A stretch of 53,301 bases of DNA from assembly GCA_028066985.1 (NCBI GenBank), contig JALCBB010000001.1:1-53301 (forward strand). The letters run 5' to 3'. The DNA is from Alphaproteobacteria bacterium. GTDB taxonomy: Bacteria; Pseudomonadota; Alphaproteobacteria; JALCBB01. A program made the translations under genes and the position numbers. Positions 1 through 7,036 of this stretch are shown in pieces. The notes beneath the pieces were generated by a model, which was not told the origin of the DNA, made no database searches, and was given only the letters and a program-made list of their open reading frames with translations. Within the stretch, counting starts at the first letter, position 1; the number at the start of each line of letters is the position of its first letter.

Positions 1-75
1 CTTTTTTTTAAATAGTTATATTGGGCGGGGCGTCCGTGTTTTCATGTCGCGTAATTGTCGGCTGATTATGGGGGC

Positions 76-128
76 GGGGCGCGGACGGCGCCCTTTGGGC
101 AGCCGTCCGCGCCCCGTCTCTTCTTTTG
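76..128 (+). terminator. Rho-independent terminator-like hairpin, probably ending a + strand unit that lies upstream of the window
   Basis: Perfect 14-bp stem GGGGCGCGGACGGC (76-89) / GCCGTCCGCGCCCC (102-115), 12-nt loop, then T-rich GTCTCTTCTTTTGTG. Confidence 0.5.
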
Positions 129-181
129 TGTGTGTCGTCCCTCAATATATAAATCCGTTACAAGTCCAATTTCTTAGAAAT

Positions 182-280
182 AAAAATTTAATTTCGCGGG
201 CAGCGCCCGCAGGCATCAGTGGACACCGCTCGCTTGAGCCGACACCGTGAATGTCTTAGTCAAAGTTTCACTAATGCCAA
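182..280 (+). repeat. Solo arm of the palindromic-unit family (A/T run, GC hairpin, GGCATCAGTGG, GCTTGAGCC, TGTCTTAGTC, CACTAATGCC)
   Basis: Hairpin GCGGGCAGCGCCCGC at 196-210. All conserved boxes shared with arms at 1640-1744, 5127-5229, 12267-12364 and the composite elements. Lies just 3' of tRNA-Ser on the opposite strand. Confidence 0.85.
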
Positions 281-378
281 AAATCGCGCCATGAGGTGTC
301 CAAAAAGGACAAAAAGGCGGCAGGGTCAATGCGTCCAGTGGATCAAACGCCGCCACAACTCCAAAATACCAAAATCGG

Positions 379-464
379 CGGTGGGGGTGGGATTCGAACC
401 CACGGTGCCCAAAAGGCACAACGGTTTTCGAGACCGCCCCGTTCGACCACTCCGGCACCCCACC
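379..464 (-). tRNA. tRNA-Ser, anticodon CGA (class II, long variable arm); CCA not encoded (CCG follows)
   Basis: Hand-folded cloverleaf: acceptor GGTGGGG/CCCCACC, D stem CCG/CGG, anticodon stem GCGGT/ACCGT with loop CTCGAAA, variable arm GTGCC-TTTT-GGCAC, T arm GTGGG-TTCGAAT-CCCAC, discriminator G. Confidence 0.9.
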
Positions 465-771
465 ACACAAAATATAACCAGATTCGCAACAATAACACAT
501 CACACACAAACACCAGAATTCCACACTATATAAGCACCTCAGGCTGTCCAGTCACACCCGCTCCAAAAGACGCTTCCCGAATCCTTCCCAAATCAACCCC
601 AGTCCGCCCCGATTCCCAAAAAAAATTAAAAAAAATTCCCTTGTATTTCCACTCACAACACACCCCATATGTCGTCACACAATAAGCACACACATAGAAC
701 ATCACAAAAACACCAGTTAAACACTCGCATCCCCCCCGATCGCAGTCCATCGGCAGAGCCTCAAAAGGGGT

Positions 772-801
772 TTGACATCATCCCACTAATTCCCAATAAA
801 T
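772..801 (+). promoter_or_regulatory. Candidate sigma70-type promoter for mraZ/dcw
   Basis: TTGACA at 772-777, 17-18 nt spacer, AATAAA/ATAAAT at 795-801, about 190 nt upstream of mraZ. Motif match only. Confidence 0.35.
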
Positions 802-830
802 ACCACTGAAACCCATGTCCGCCCACTTCG
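781..830 (+). promoter_or_regulatory. Five direct CCCA-type boxes in exact 10-bp phase, candidate MraZ operator
   Basis: Consecutive 10-mers tCCCActaat / tCCCAataaa / taCCActgaa / aCCCAtgtcc / gCCCActtcg overlap the candidate -10. A perfect 10-bp inverted repeat ACCCATGTCC (811-820) / GGACATGGGT (846-855) follows. Confidence 0.4.
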
Positions 831-989
831 TGGCTTTCTCCTCCAGGACATGGGTCCGGCGCCTGGCGAGCCTGATGGCCCTCCTCCTCCCTTAGCCACA
901 GGCATACGCCAGGCGCCGATTCTACAGCCCAAGCCCAAAAAGCCCAGGCACAAGGACAGGCAGGAGAACACAGCAGGGGGTCGCTGAAA

Positions 990-1472
990 GTGCAATCGCT
1001 CTTCCTCGGTACATTCGAGAACCGAATCGACTCCAAAGGTCGCGTGCTCGTGCCCGCCGCCTTCAGGCAGCCCCTCAGTCAGGACGGGCAGCCCGGACTC
1101 GTCTGCTATCCCGATATCAATCAGACCGCGCTCGAAGGCGTCAGTCTGCGCACGCTCAACGACTCCTTCAACGCGCTGCGCGAGCAGTACGAAATGTATT
1201 CGCCCGAATACGAAGCCGTGATGTCCATTCTCAGCGGCGCCGCAAACCTCTCGTGGGACAGCGGCGGACGCGTTCAACTCCCGGAACGGCTCCTCAAAAA
1301 AGCCGGCATCCGCAGCGATGTCGTTTTCGTCGGACTCGGCGACAGGTTCCGTATCTGGGATCCGAACCTCTACCAGAAGCACCTCGGTGTTGTCGCGAAG
1401 ATCACGGAGAAGGGCAACATCACCATCTCGCTCGCTTCCGCGCGGAGAGACGGTCAGGGTAAATCGGAATGA
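990..1472 (+). CDS. mraZ: Transcriptional regulator MraZ
   Basis: 160-aa ORF with N-terminus MQSLFLGTFENRIDSKGRVLVPAAFR typical of MraZ; first gene of the dcw cluster. Confidence 0.9.
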   Translation: MQSLFLGTFENRIDSKGRVLVPAAFRQPLSQDGQPGLVCYPDINQTALEGVSLRTLNDSFNALREQYEMYSPEYEAVMSILSGAANLSWDSGGRVQLPERLLKKAGIRSDVVFVGLGDRFRIWDPNLYQKHLGVVAKITEKGNITISLASARRDGQGKSE

Positions 1473-1816
1473 CGACACCGCCCGCCTCCTCTGTCGTCAC
1501 AGACGCGACCCGCGACAACGGACACCTGCGCGGTCGTCCGTCACTGTCATTGTTAAAGGTCAATGGCGCCTCGCCCACTAATGCCACAGGCCACGCCACG
1601 GGGGACACCTTTCATGGTCGTCCGTCACCGTCATTGTCCTTTAACAATTTTAATTTTTTGTCGGCAGCGCCGACAGGCATCAGTGGGTGCGGCTCGCTTG
1701 AGCCGACACCGTTAACAGTCAATGACACCTCGCCCACTAATGCCAAGGGACGTGCCACGGGGGACGCCTTTCATGGTCGTCCGTCATCGGCGCTCAAAAG
1801 CGGGGCGAAACAATGA
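1469..1816 (+). other. Repeat-derived bridging ORF (115 codons); coding status doubtful
   Basis: ATG 1469 overlaps the mraZ stop (ATGA) and the stop overlaps the rsmH ATG 1813 (ATGA). Nearly the whole ORF is translated repeat DNA (GDTFHGRPSPSLSFNNFNFLSAAPTGISGCGSLEPT). Confidence 0.25.
1519..1790 (+). repeat. Repeat array: X hairpin, distal half-arm, X hairpin, full arm (1640-1744), X hairpin
   Basis: X = GGACACCTTTCATGGTCGTCCGTCACCGTCATTGTCC-like units at 1519-1554, 1600-1639 and 1759-1790. Arm hairpin GTCGGCAGCGCCGAC at 1660-1674; CCCACTAATGCC at 1574-1585 and 1733-1744. Confidence 0.85.
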
Positions 1817-2790
1817 CAAACAACAACGCCGCGCCGGCGCACATCCCCGTGATGACCACGCAAATGCTCGGCGCACTCCAGCCCAAGCCGCACGGCCTCT
1901 ACATTGACGCCACCCTCGGCGGCGGCGGACACTCCCGCGCCATTCTCCAGTCGCACGACTGCCGCGTCATCGCCTTCGACAGAGACCCCGCCGTCACACC
2001 CCACGCCGACTCACTCGCCAGCGACTTCGGGCCCAGATTCCAGTTCGTCCGCGCCCGGTTCAGTCAGATGGAAAACGAACTCCGCAAAATCAACCCCGAT
2101 CCCGTCGACGGCATCACCCTGGACCTCGGTCTCTCCTCCATCCAACTGGACGACCACTCCCGCGGATTCTCGTTCCAGCACAACGCGCCCTTAGATATGT
2201 CAATGGACGGCGCCCAGAGTCCGCAGGGTGCCGAGTCCGTCGCCGACCTCCTCGCCGCCATTGATCACAAAAGTCTCGCCGAAATCCTCGCCCTGGAAGG
2301 CGAAGAACCGCACGCCCAGCGCATCGCCCGCGCCATCGTCAACTCCGCCGCGCCCGTACGCACAACTTCGGAACTCAGCCGCATCGCCGAAAACGCCACA
2401 AACGCCAAGGGCCCGAAACTCCGCAAGCAACTCGCCAGAATCTTCCAGGCGCTCAGAAGACACATCAACGACGAAGCCGCCGAACTGGAAGCCGCCCTCC
2501 TCACAGCCGCCCGCATCCTCGCTCAAGACGGGCGCTGCGTCATCATCTCCTTTCACTCGCTGGAGGATCGTGTCGTCAAGCACGCCTTCGCCGCGAAAAA
2601 AATCGGCGCCGTCAACGAAGCCGTTGAATCAAACGAAGTCGCCGCTCCGTTCGCGCCGACGCAGTCGCTCGCGCGTCCGTCAGCGCAGGAGTGCGCGCGC
2701 AACCCCCGCGCCCGCTCCGCAAGACTCCGCGCCGCCCGCAGAACCGCCGCGCCACGCCCGAAAAATATCTGGTGGAAATCAGCAGCATGA
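1813..2790 (+). CDS. rsmH: 16S rRNA (cytosine1402-N4)-methyltransferase RsmH
   Basis: HIPVM and YIDATLGGGGHS SAM-methyltransferase motifs; conserved position after mraZ. Confidence 0.95.
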   Translation: MTNNNAAPAHIPVMTTQMLGALQPKPHGLYIDATLGGGGHSRAILQSHDCRVIAFDRDPAVTPHADSLASDFGPRFQFVRARFSQMENELRKINPDPVDGITLDLGLSSIQLDDHSRGFSFQHNAPLDMSMDGAQSPQGAESVADLLAAIDHKSLAEILALEGEEPHAQRIARAIVNSAAPVRTTSELSRIAENATNAKGPKLRKQLARIFQALRRHINDEAAELEAALLTAARILAQDGRCVIISFHSLEDRVVKHAFAAKKIGAVNEAVESNEVAAPFAPTQSLARPSAQECARNPRARSARLRAARRTAAPRPKNIWWKSAA

Positions 2791-3140
2791 ACGCCATCCC
2801 CCTCAAGAGACGGCTGGAAACACTCTGCCTCGCCGTCGTCACGCTCTCGCTCGTCGGCGCCGTCATCGGCGTCTTCGCCCTGCTCGTCGTCACCAAACAC
2901 GAAATGCGCGAACTGCGGCAGCGCGAACAGCAGTTGCTCGCCCTGCAGAACGAAGAGCGCGACTCCATCAATGTGCTTAAGGTTGAGATCGCGTATCTCA
3001 CGCGGCCCGAACGCATTGAAGACCTCGCGCGGCGGCATCTCCGCAGTCAGCCCGCCGAGCCGGACGCGATCTACTCGCTCGACCGCTTCATCGCCGAAGA
3101 AACACCCTTCGTCATCAACCCCGAAACCGCGCCGCGATAA
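2787..3140 (+). CDS. ftsL: Cell division protein FtsL-like
   Basis: Refined start ATG 2787 (ATGA overlap with the rsmH stop). 117 aa with one TM segment (LCLAVVTLSLVGAVIGVFALLVV) then a coiled-coil-like region; sits between rsmH and ftsI. Confidence 0.6.
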   Translation: MNAIPLKRRLETLCLAVVTLSLVGAVIGVFALLVVTKHEMRELRQREQQLLALQNEERDSINVLKVEIAYLTRPERIEDLARRHLRSQPAEPDAIYSLDRFIAEETPFVINPETAPR

Positions 3141-3142
3141 CA

Positions 3143-5416
3143 ATGCCGAACACGCCTTCGCCGTCTCCCGACTTTCTGCTCGGACGCGACCTCCTCTCGC
3201 ACACCGGCGCGATGCGGCGGCTGCACCGTCACCGCTCGTGCCAGAACTCCGGCGCCGACCCGATGGAGCGCAGAAATCTCAGAATCCTCGTCTGCCTCGT
3301 GCTCGTCTGCTGCGGCTTCGCGACCATCATCTTCAGACTCGGCGCCGTCATGGCTCCGTGGGACAACGACAGCGCGAAACTGCCGCACCCCATCCGCGCA
3401 ATCGCCGACGCCGCCGAAAAACCCGTCATCACCGACAGGCACGGCGAAATCCTCGCAATGGATCTGCCCGCGTATTCGCCGTACGCGCGTCCGAAGGAAA
3501 TGCGGAACCCGCGCCGCGCCGCGCGACTGCTCGCGTCGGCGATTGAGGACGCCAGTCCCGTTGAACTCGCCGCCGCGTTCCAGAACGCCGCCGACAACGA
3601 CGAGCCGTTCGTCTGGGTCGCGCGGTATATTTCGCCCCGCGAGGCGCGCGCCGTGATGAAGCGCGGCGTCGTCGGCGTGGAAATGATGGCGACGAAACGG
3701 CGCAGTCATCCGCTCGGAAGTCTCGCGTCGCATGTCACCGGCTTCACCGACATTGACGGCCGCGGCCTCGCCGGAATGGAACGGCTCGCGTCGGCGCGCG
3801 CGGAAGAGGGCAGGGGATCGGGTGAGGAGATCGCGCCTGTCGCGCTGTCGCTGGATCTGCGCGTTCAGCATGCGCTGGAGGAAGAACTTCACGCCACGAT
3901 GACGAAATTCCAGGGCAAGGGCGCCGCCGGCGTCGTGATGGACGCGAACAGCGGCGAAATTCTCGCTATCGCTTCGCTGCCGAATTTTCATCCCGACCGG
4001 CGCGAGATGCTTAACGAGGAAAATCGTTTTAATCGCGCCACGCTCGGCGTCTACGAGTTCGGCTCCGTTCTCAAGCCGCTCACCTACGCGACCGTGATGG
4101 AGGCGACGCCGCGCGGCGAGTGGAGCGCGCTCTTCGCTTCGCGTTATTCAACTTCGCCGATGCGGATTCCGGGATACACGATCACGGATTATCGTCCGAA
4201 ACATGCGAATGTGAAATTCGCGGAGGGGATGATTCATTCGTCCAATGTGACGACGGCGAAGGTGATGCGCCGCATCGGCGCGCCGTCGCTCAGGGACGGC
4301 TTCCACAGACTCGGCATGGCCGAAATCGCGCCGCTGGAACTCGGCGAGCGCGGACTGCCGCAGATGCCCGCGAAGTGGGGGCCGACTGAATCGGTCACGG
4401 CGTCTTACGGGCACGGGATCGCGGTGTCGCCTGTGCATATTGTTCGCGCCTTCGCGGCGGTCGTGAACGGCGGAGTGCTGCCGTCGCCGACATTGCTTAA
4501 GGGCGGCGCGGCGCCGGGCGCGCGGGTGCTGTCGGCGGAGACTTCGGCGGTGATGCGGCGTTTGTTGCGGCTCGTCGTGCTTGAGGGAACGGGGCGCAAG
4601 GCGGACGCGGACGGGTATCTTGTCGGCGGCAAGACGGGGACTGCCAATCAGGTTTCGCCGAGCGGCGGCTATGACGACAATCTTCGCATCGCGTCTTTTG
4701 TCGCGGCGTTTCCGATGGATGCGCCGCGGTATGTGACTTTTATGATGGTGGAGAATCCGGTGCCGAGCGAGGACAGTTTCGGTTTCGCGACGGGCGGCTG
4801 GGTCGCGGCGAGCGCGACGCGTCTGCTTGTGGCGCGGATCGCGCCGTTGCTTGGCGTGCTGCCGCGTGACAGCGAGGAGTTTGACACGGGCGCCCTTAAT
4901 TTTCTGAACACACCCGATGTTAACGCGGCACCCTTTGTCGTCGTCAACAATGAAACAACGGATTACAGCCCCGGCATCTTGTCTGTCGTCCACAACACCA
5001 TTGACAGCAATGACATTGACAATGAAGCGACCGACTACAAACCCGGCGCCTTGTCTGTCGTCCACAATAAAACAACGGACAACGAAACGGACACCTTGCA
5101 TGGTCGTCCGTCACCGTCGTTGTCTCTTAATAATTTTAATTTTTTGCGGGCAGCGCCCGCGGGCATCAGTGGGCGCGGTTCGCTTGAGCCAACAGCGCGC
5201 CAGTCCGAAAATCCTCTCCCACTAATGCCGAAGGCCGTCCAGGAGGATGCGATAACCGCCGACGCCTCGCCCGTCAATGAGTCCATTGACGCCATTGACG
5301 CGATCATCGCCGACACTTTAAGCGTCCAGCCCGTTGATGAAACCGTCATCCCCGCCGCCGATGAAACGCCCGCGGACATCACCTCGCTCATTCAACTCGT
5401 CCTCAGCGGAACCTGA
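3143..5416 (+). CDS. ftsI: Peptidoglycan D,D-transpeptidase FtsI (PBP3) with a repeat-containing C-terminal extension
   Basis: SxxK (GSVLKP), SxN (HSSNV) and KTG (GGKTGTA) motifs. Start uncertain (internal Met at MERRNLRILV possible). The last ~170 codons include a repeat insertion. Confidence 0.9.
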   Translation: MPNTPSPSPDFLLGRDLLSHTGAMRRLHRHRSCQNSGADPMERRNLRILVCLVLVCCGFATIIFRLGAVMAPWDNDSAKLPHPIRAIADAAEKPVITDRHGEILAMDLPAYSPYARPKEMRNPRRAARLLASAIEDASPVELAAAFQNAADNDEPFVWVARYISPREARAVMKRGVVGVEMMATKRRSHPLGSLASHVTGFTDIDGRGLAGMERLASARAEEGRGSGEEIAPVALSLDLRVQHALEEELHATMTKFQGKGAAGVVMDANSGEILAIASLPNFHPDRREMLNEENRFNRATLGVYEFGSVLKPLTYATVMEATPRGEWSALFASRYSTSPMRIPGYTITDYRPKHANVKFAEGMIHSSNVTTAKVMRRIGAPSLRDGFHRLGMAEIAPLELGERGLPQMPAKWGPTESVTASYGHGIAVSPVHIVRAFAAVVNGGVLPSPTLLKGGAAPGARVLSAETSAVMRRLLRLVVLEGTGRKADADGYLVGGKTGTANQVSPSGGYDDNLRIASFVAAFPMDAPRYVTFMMVENPVPSEDSFGFATGGWVAASATRLLVARIAPLLGVLPRDSEEFDTGALNFLNTPDVNAAPFVVVNNETTDYSPGILSVVHNTIDSNDIDNEATDYKPGALSVVHNKTTDNETDTLHGRPSPSLSLNNFNFLRAAPAGISGRGSLEPTARQSENPLPLMPKAVQEDAITADASPVNESIDAIDAIIADTLSVQPVDETVIPAADETPADITSLIQLVLSGT
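4925..5235 (+). repeat. Repeat element inserted in frame in the ftsI 3' region
   Basis: CCTTTGTCGTC leader; two copies of a ~69-bp direct repeat (CTTGTCTGTCGTCCACAA at 4978-4995 and 5050-5067); X hairpin 5087-5126; AT run; arm hairpin GCGGGCAGCGCCCGC 5146-5160; CCCACTAATGCC 5218-5229. Same layout as 12096-12412. Confidence 0.85.
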
Positions 5417-5422
5417 CACGCA

Positions 5423-7036
5423 ATGCGACTCCGCGAACTCCTCCCCCACACCATGCACACCCACAACCCCGACATCGCAGGACTCGCCGCTCACACCAGG
5501 GATGTCCAGCCGGGATTCATCTTCGCCGCGCTTCCGAACCTGCAGACAGATCACACAAACCCCGAACACATCAGCGAGGCTGTCAGACGCGGCGCCGTCG
5601 CCGTCATCGCCAGACCCGACGCGGGAGATCATGTCCGCGATGCCGTTCTCATTCCGCACGACAATCCCCGGAAACATCTCGCCGCGCTCGCCGCGCGTTT
5701 CCATTCGCCGCATCCGACGCACAAACTCGCCGTCACCGGAACCGACGGCAAGACCTCGGTCGCGGCGCTCGCGCAGAACCTGCTCGCCGACACGCTCGGC
5801 GCGTCCGTCGGATACATCGGGACGCTCGGCAACTCGCCGAAACTTGACTCGCCCGACTCGCCGCTCACCACGCCTGATCCTGTCACGCTTGCGCGGAAAC
5901 TCGCCGAGATGAAGCGCGGCGGTGTGGATCATGTTGTTCTTGAGGCGTCGTCGCACGGACTGCATCAGGAGCGGCTCAGCGGATTCAAGTTCAGCGCCGC
6001 GTGTTTCACGGGCATCGGACGCGACCACGGCGACTATCATCCGACTCCGGAGGAGTATCTGCTTGCGAAGTCGCGGCTCTTTACCGAACTGCTTGCGCCG
6101 GACGCGACCGCTGTCATTTGCGACGGATGCGACGGCGCCGCCAAAGTCGCCGCTCTCCTCTCCGCCGAAAGACCCGATGTGTCAATCGTCCGTTACCAGA
6201 CCAATAACGGCGACACCTTTATTGTCTCTGACGACAACAACGGCGGCGCCGTTAATGTCTCCACCGCACCCGACAACGGCGACACCGTTAATGTCCCCGT
6301 TAATGTTGGCGACACCTTTATTGTCCCCAATCAAATTAAAGAATTCCACCACACCCGCGACGGCGCATCCGTTGTTCTCCAGATCGGAAAACACACGCGC
6401 TCTGTTAATGTCCCCTTCTACGCGCGCTTTCAGGCGGAAAACCTTCTCGCCGCGCTTCTCTTGTCCTCCTGCGTCATCAACGACAGCGAGGCGACGCCGA
6501 AACTCATGCGCGCCGCCGAGTCCGTCAGCGCCATTCCCGGCAGACTGCAGCGCATCACGCCGCCGCCGTCACACAGGTTAAAGGACTGCGAATTCTTCGT
6601 TGACTTCGCGCACACGCCCGACGCTGTCGCCGGCGTCCTTCACGCGCTGCGCGAACGCCGCCGCGCGCTCAACACGCAGGGCAGACTGATTATCGTCCTC
6701 GGCGCCGGCGGAGACAGAGATCAGCACAAGCGCGCGCCAATGGGAAAAATCGCCGCGACACTCGCCGACACCGTCGTCATCACCGACGATAACCCGCGCG
6801 GCGAAAATCCCGCCGACATTCGCGCCGAAATTCTCAGAGGAACAGAACGCGAGAACGCCGCCGCCGTTAATGTCTCCCGCGGACGCGAAGCCGCCATTGA
6901 GTCCGCCGTCAGCGCGATGAAAGCCGGCGACACGCTCGTCGTCACCGGCAAAGGACACGAAACCACACAGCACATCAACGACTCCGAAATCCCGCTCTCG
7001 GACGCGGACACCCTCAACAACGCCCTCGCAAAATGA
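5423..7036 (+). CDS. murE: UDP-N-acetylmuramoyl-L-alanyl-D-glutamate--2,6-diaminopimelate ligase MurE
   Basis: Mur ligase P-loop VTGTDGKTS and MurE-type ITDDNPRGE motif; dcw position. Confidence 0.95.
   Translation: MRLRELLPHTMHTHNPDIAGLAAHTRDVQPGFIFAALPNLQTDHTNPEHISEAVRRGAVAVIARPDAGDHVRDAVLIPHDNPRKHLAALAARFHSPHPTHKLAVTGTDGKTSVAALAQNLLADTLGASVGYIGTLGNSPKLDSPDSPLTTPDPVTLARKLAEMKRGGVDHVVLEASSHGLHQERLSGFKFSAACFTGIGRDHGDYHPTPEEYLLAKSRLFTELLAPDATAVICDGCDGAAKVAALLSAERPDVSIVRYQTNNGDTFIVSDDNNGGAVNVSTAPDNGDTVNVPVNVGDTFIVPNQIKEFHHTRDGASVVLQIGKHTRSVNVPFYARFQAENLLAALLLSSCVINDSEATPKLMRAAESVSAIPGRLQRITPPPSHRLKDCEFFVDFAHTPDAVAGVLHALRERRRALNTQGRLIIVLGAGGDRDQHKRAPMGKIAATLADTVVITDDNPRGENPADIRAEILRGTERENAAAVNVSRGREAAIESAVSAMKAGDTLVVTGKGHETTQHINDSEIPLSDADTLNNALAK
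6195..6345 (+). repeat. Short interspersed repeats forming an in-frame insertion inside murE
   Basis: GGCGACACCTTTATTGTCYC at 6209-6228 and 6308-6328. GTTAATGTCYCC at about 6250, 6287, 6297 and again near 6404 and 6866. Translated as NNGDTFIVSDDNNGGAVNVSTAPDNGDTVNVPVNVGDTFIV. Confidence 0.7.

Noticed and set aside
526-750. 74-aa minus-strand ORF in the G-depleted tract upstream of mraZ
   Set aside because: The composition (Cys/Gly/Val/Phe-rich) simply mirrors the skewed DNA. There is no ribosome-binding site or motif, so the region is treated as non-coding.
1640-1744. Arms as tRNA-like, tmRNA, 6S, SRP or other known small RNA genes
   Set aside because: No cloverleaf or known family consensus could be fitted by eye. 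The multiplicity, inverted pairing and terminal inverted repeats fit a repeat or mobile element better. An Rfam scan is still needed to exclude a named family.
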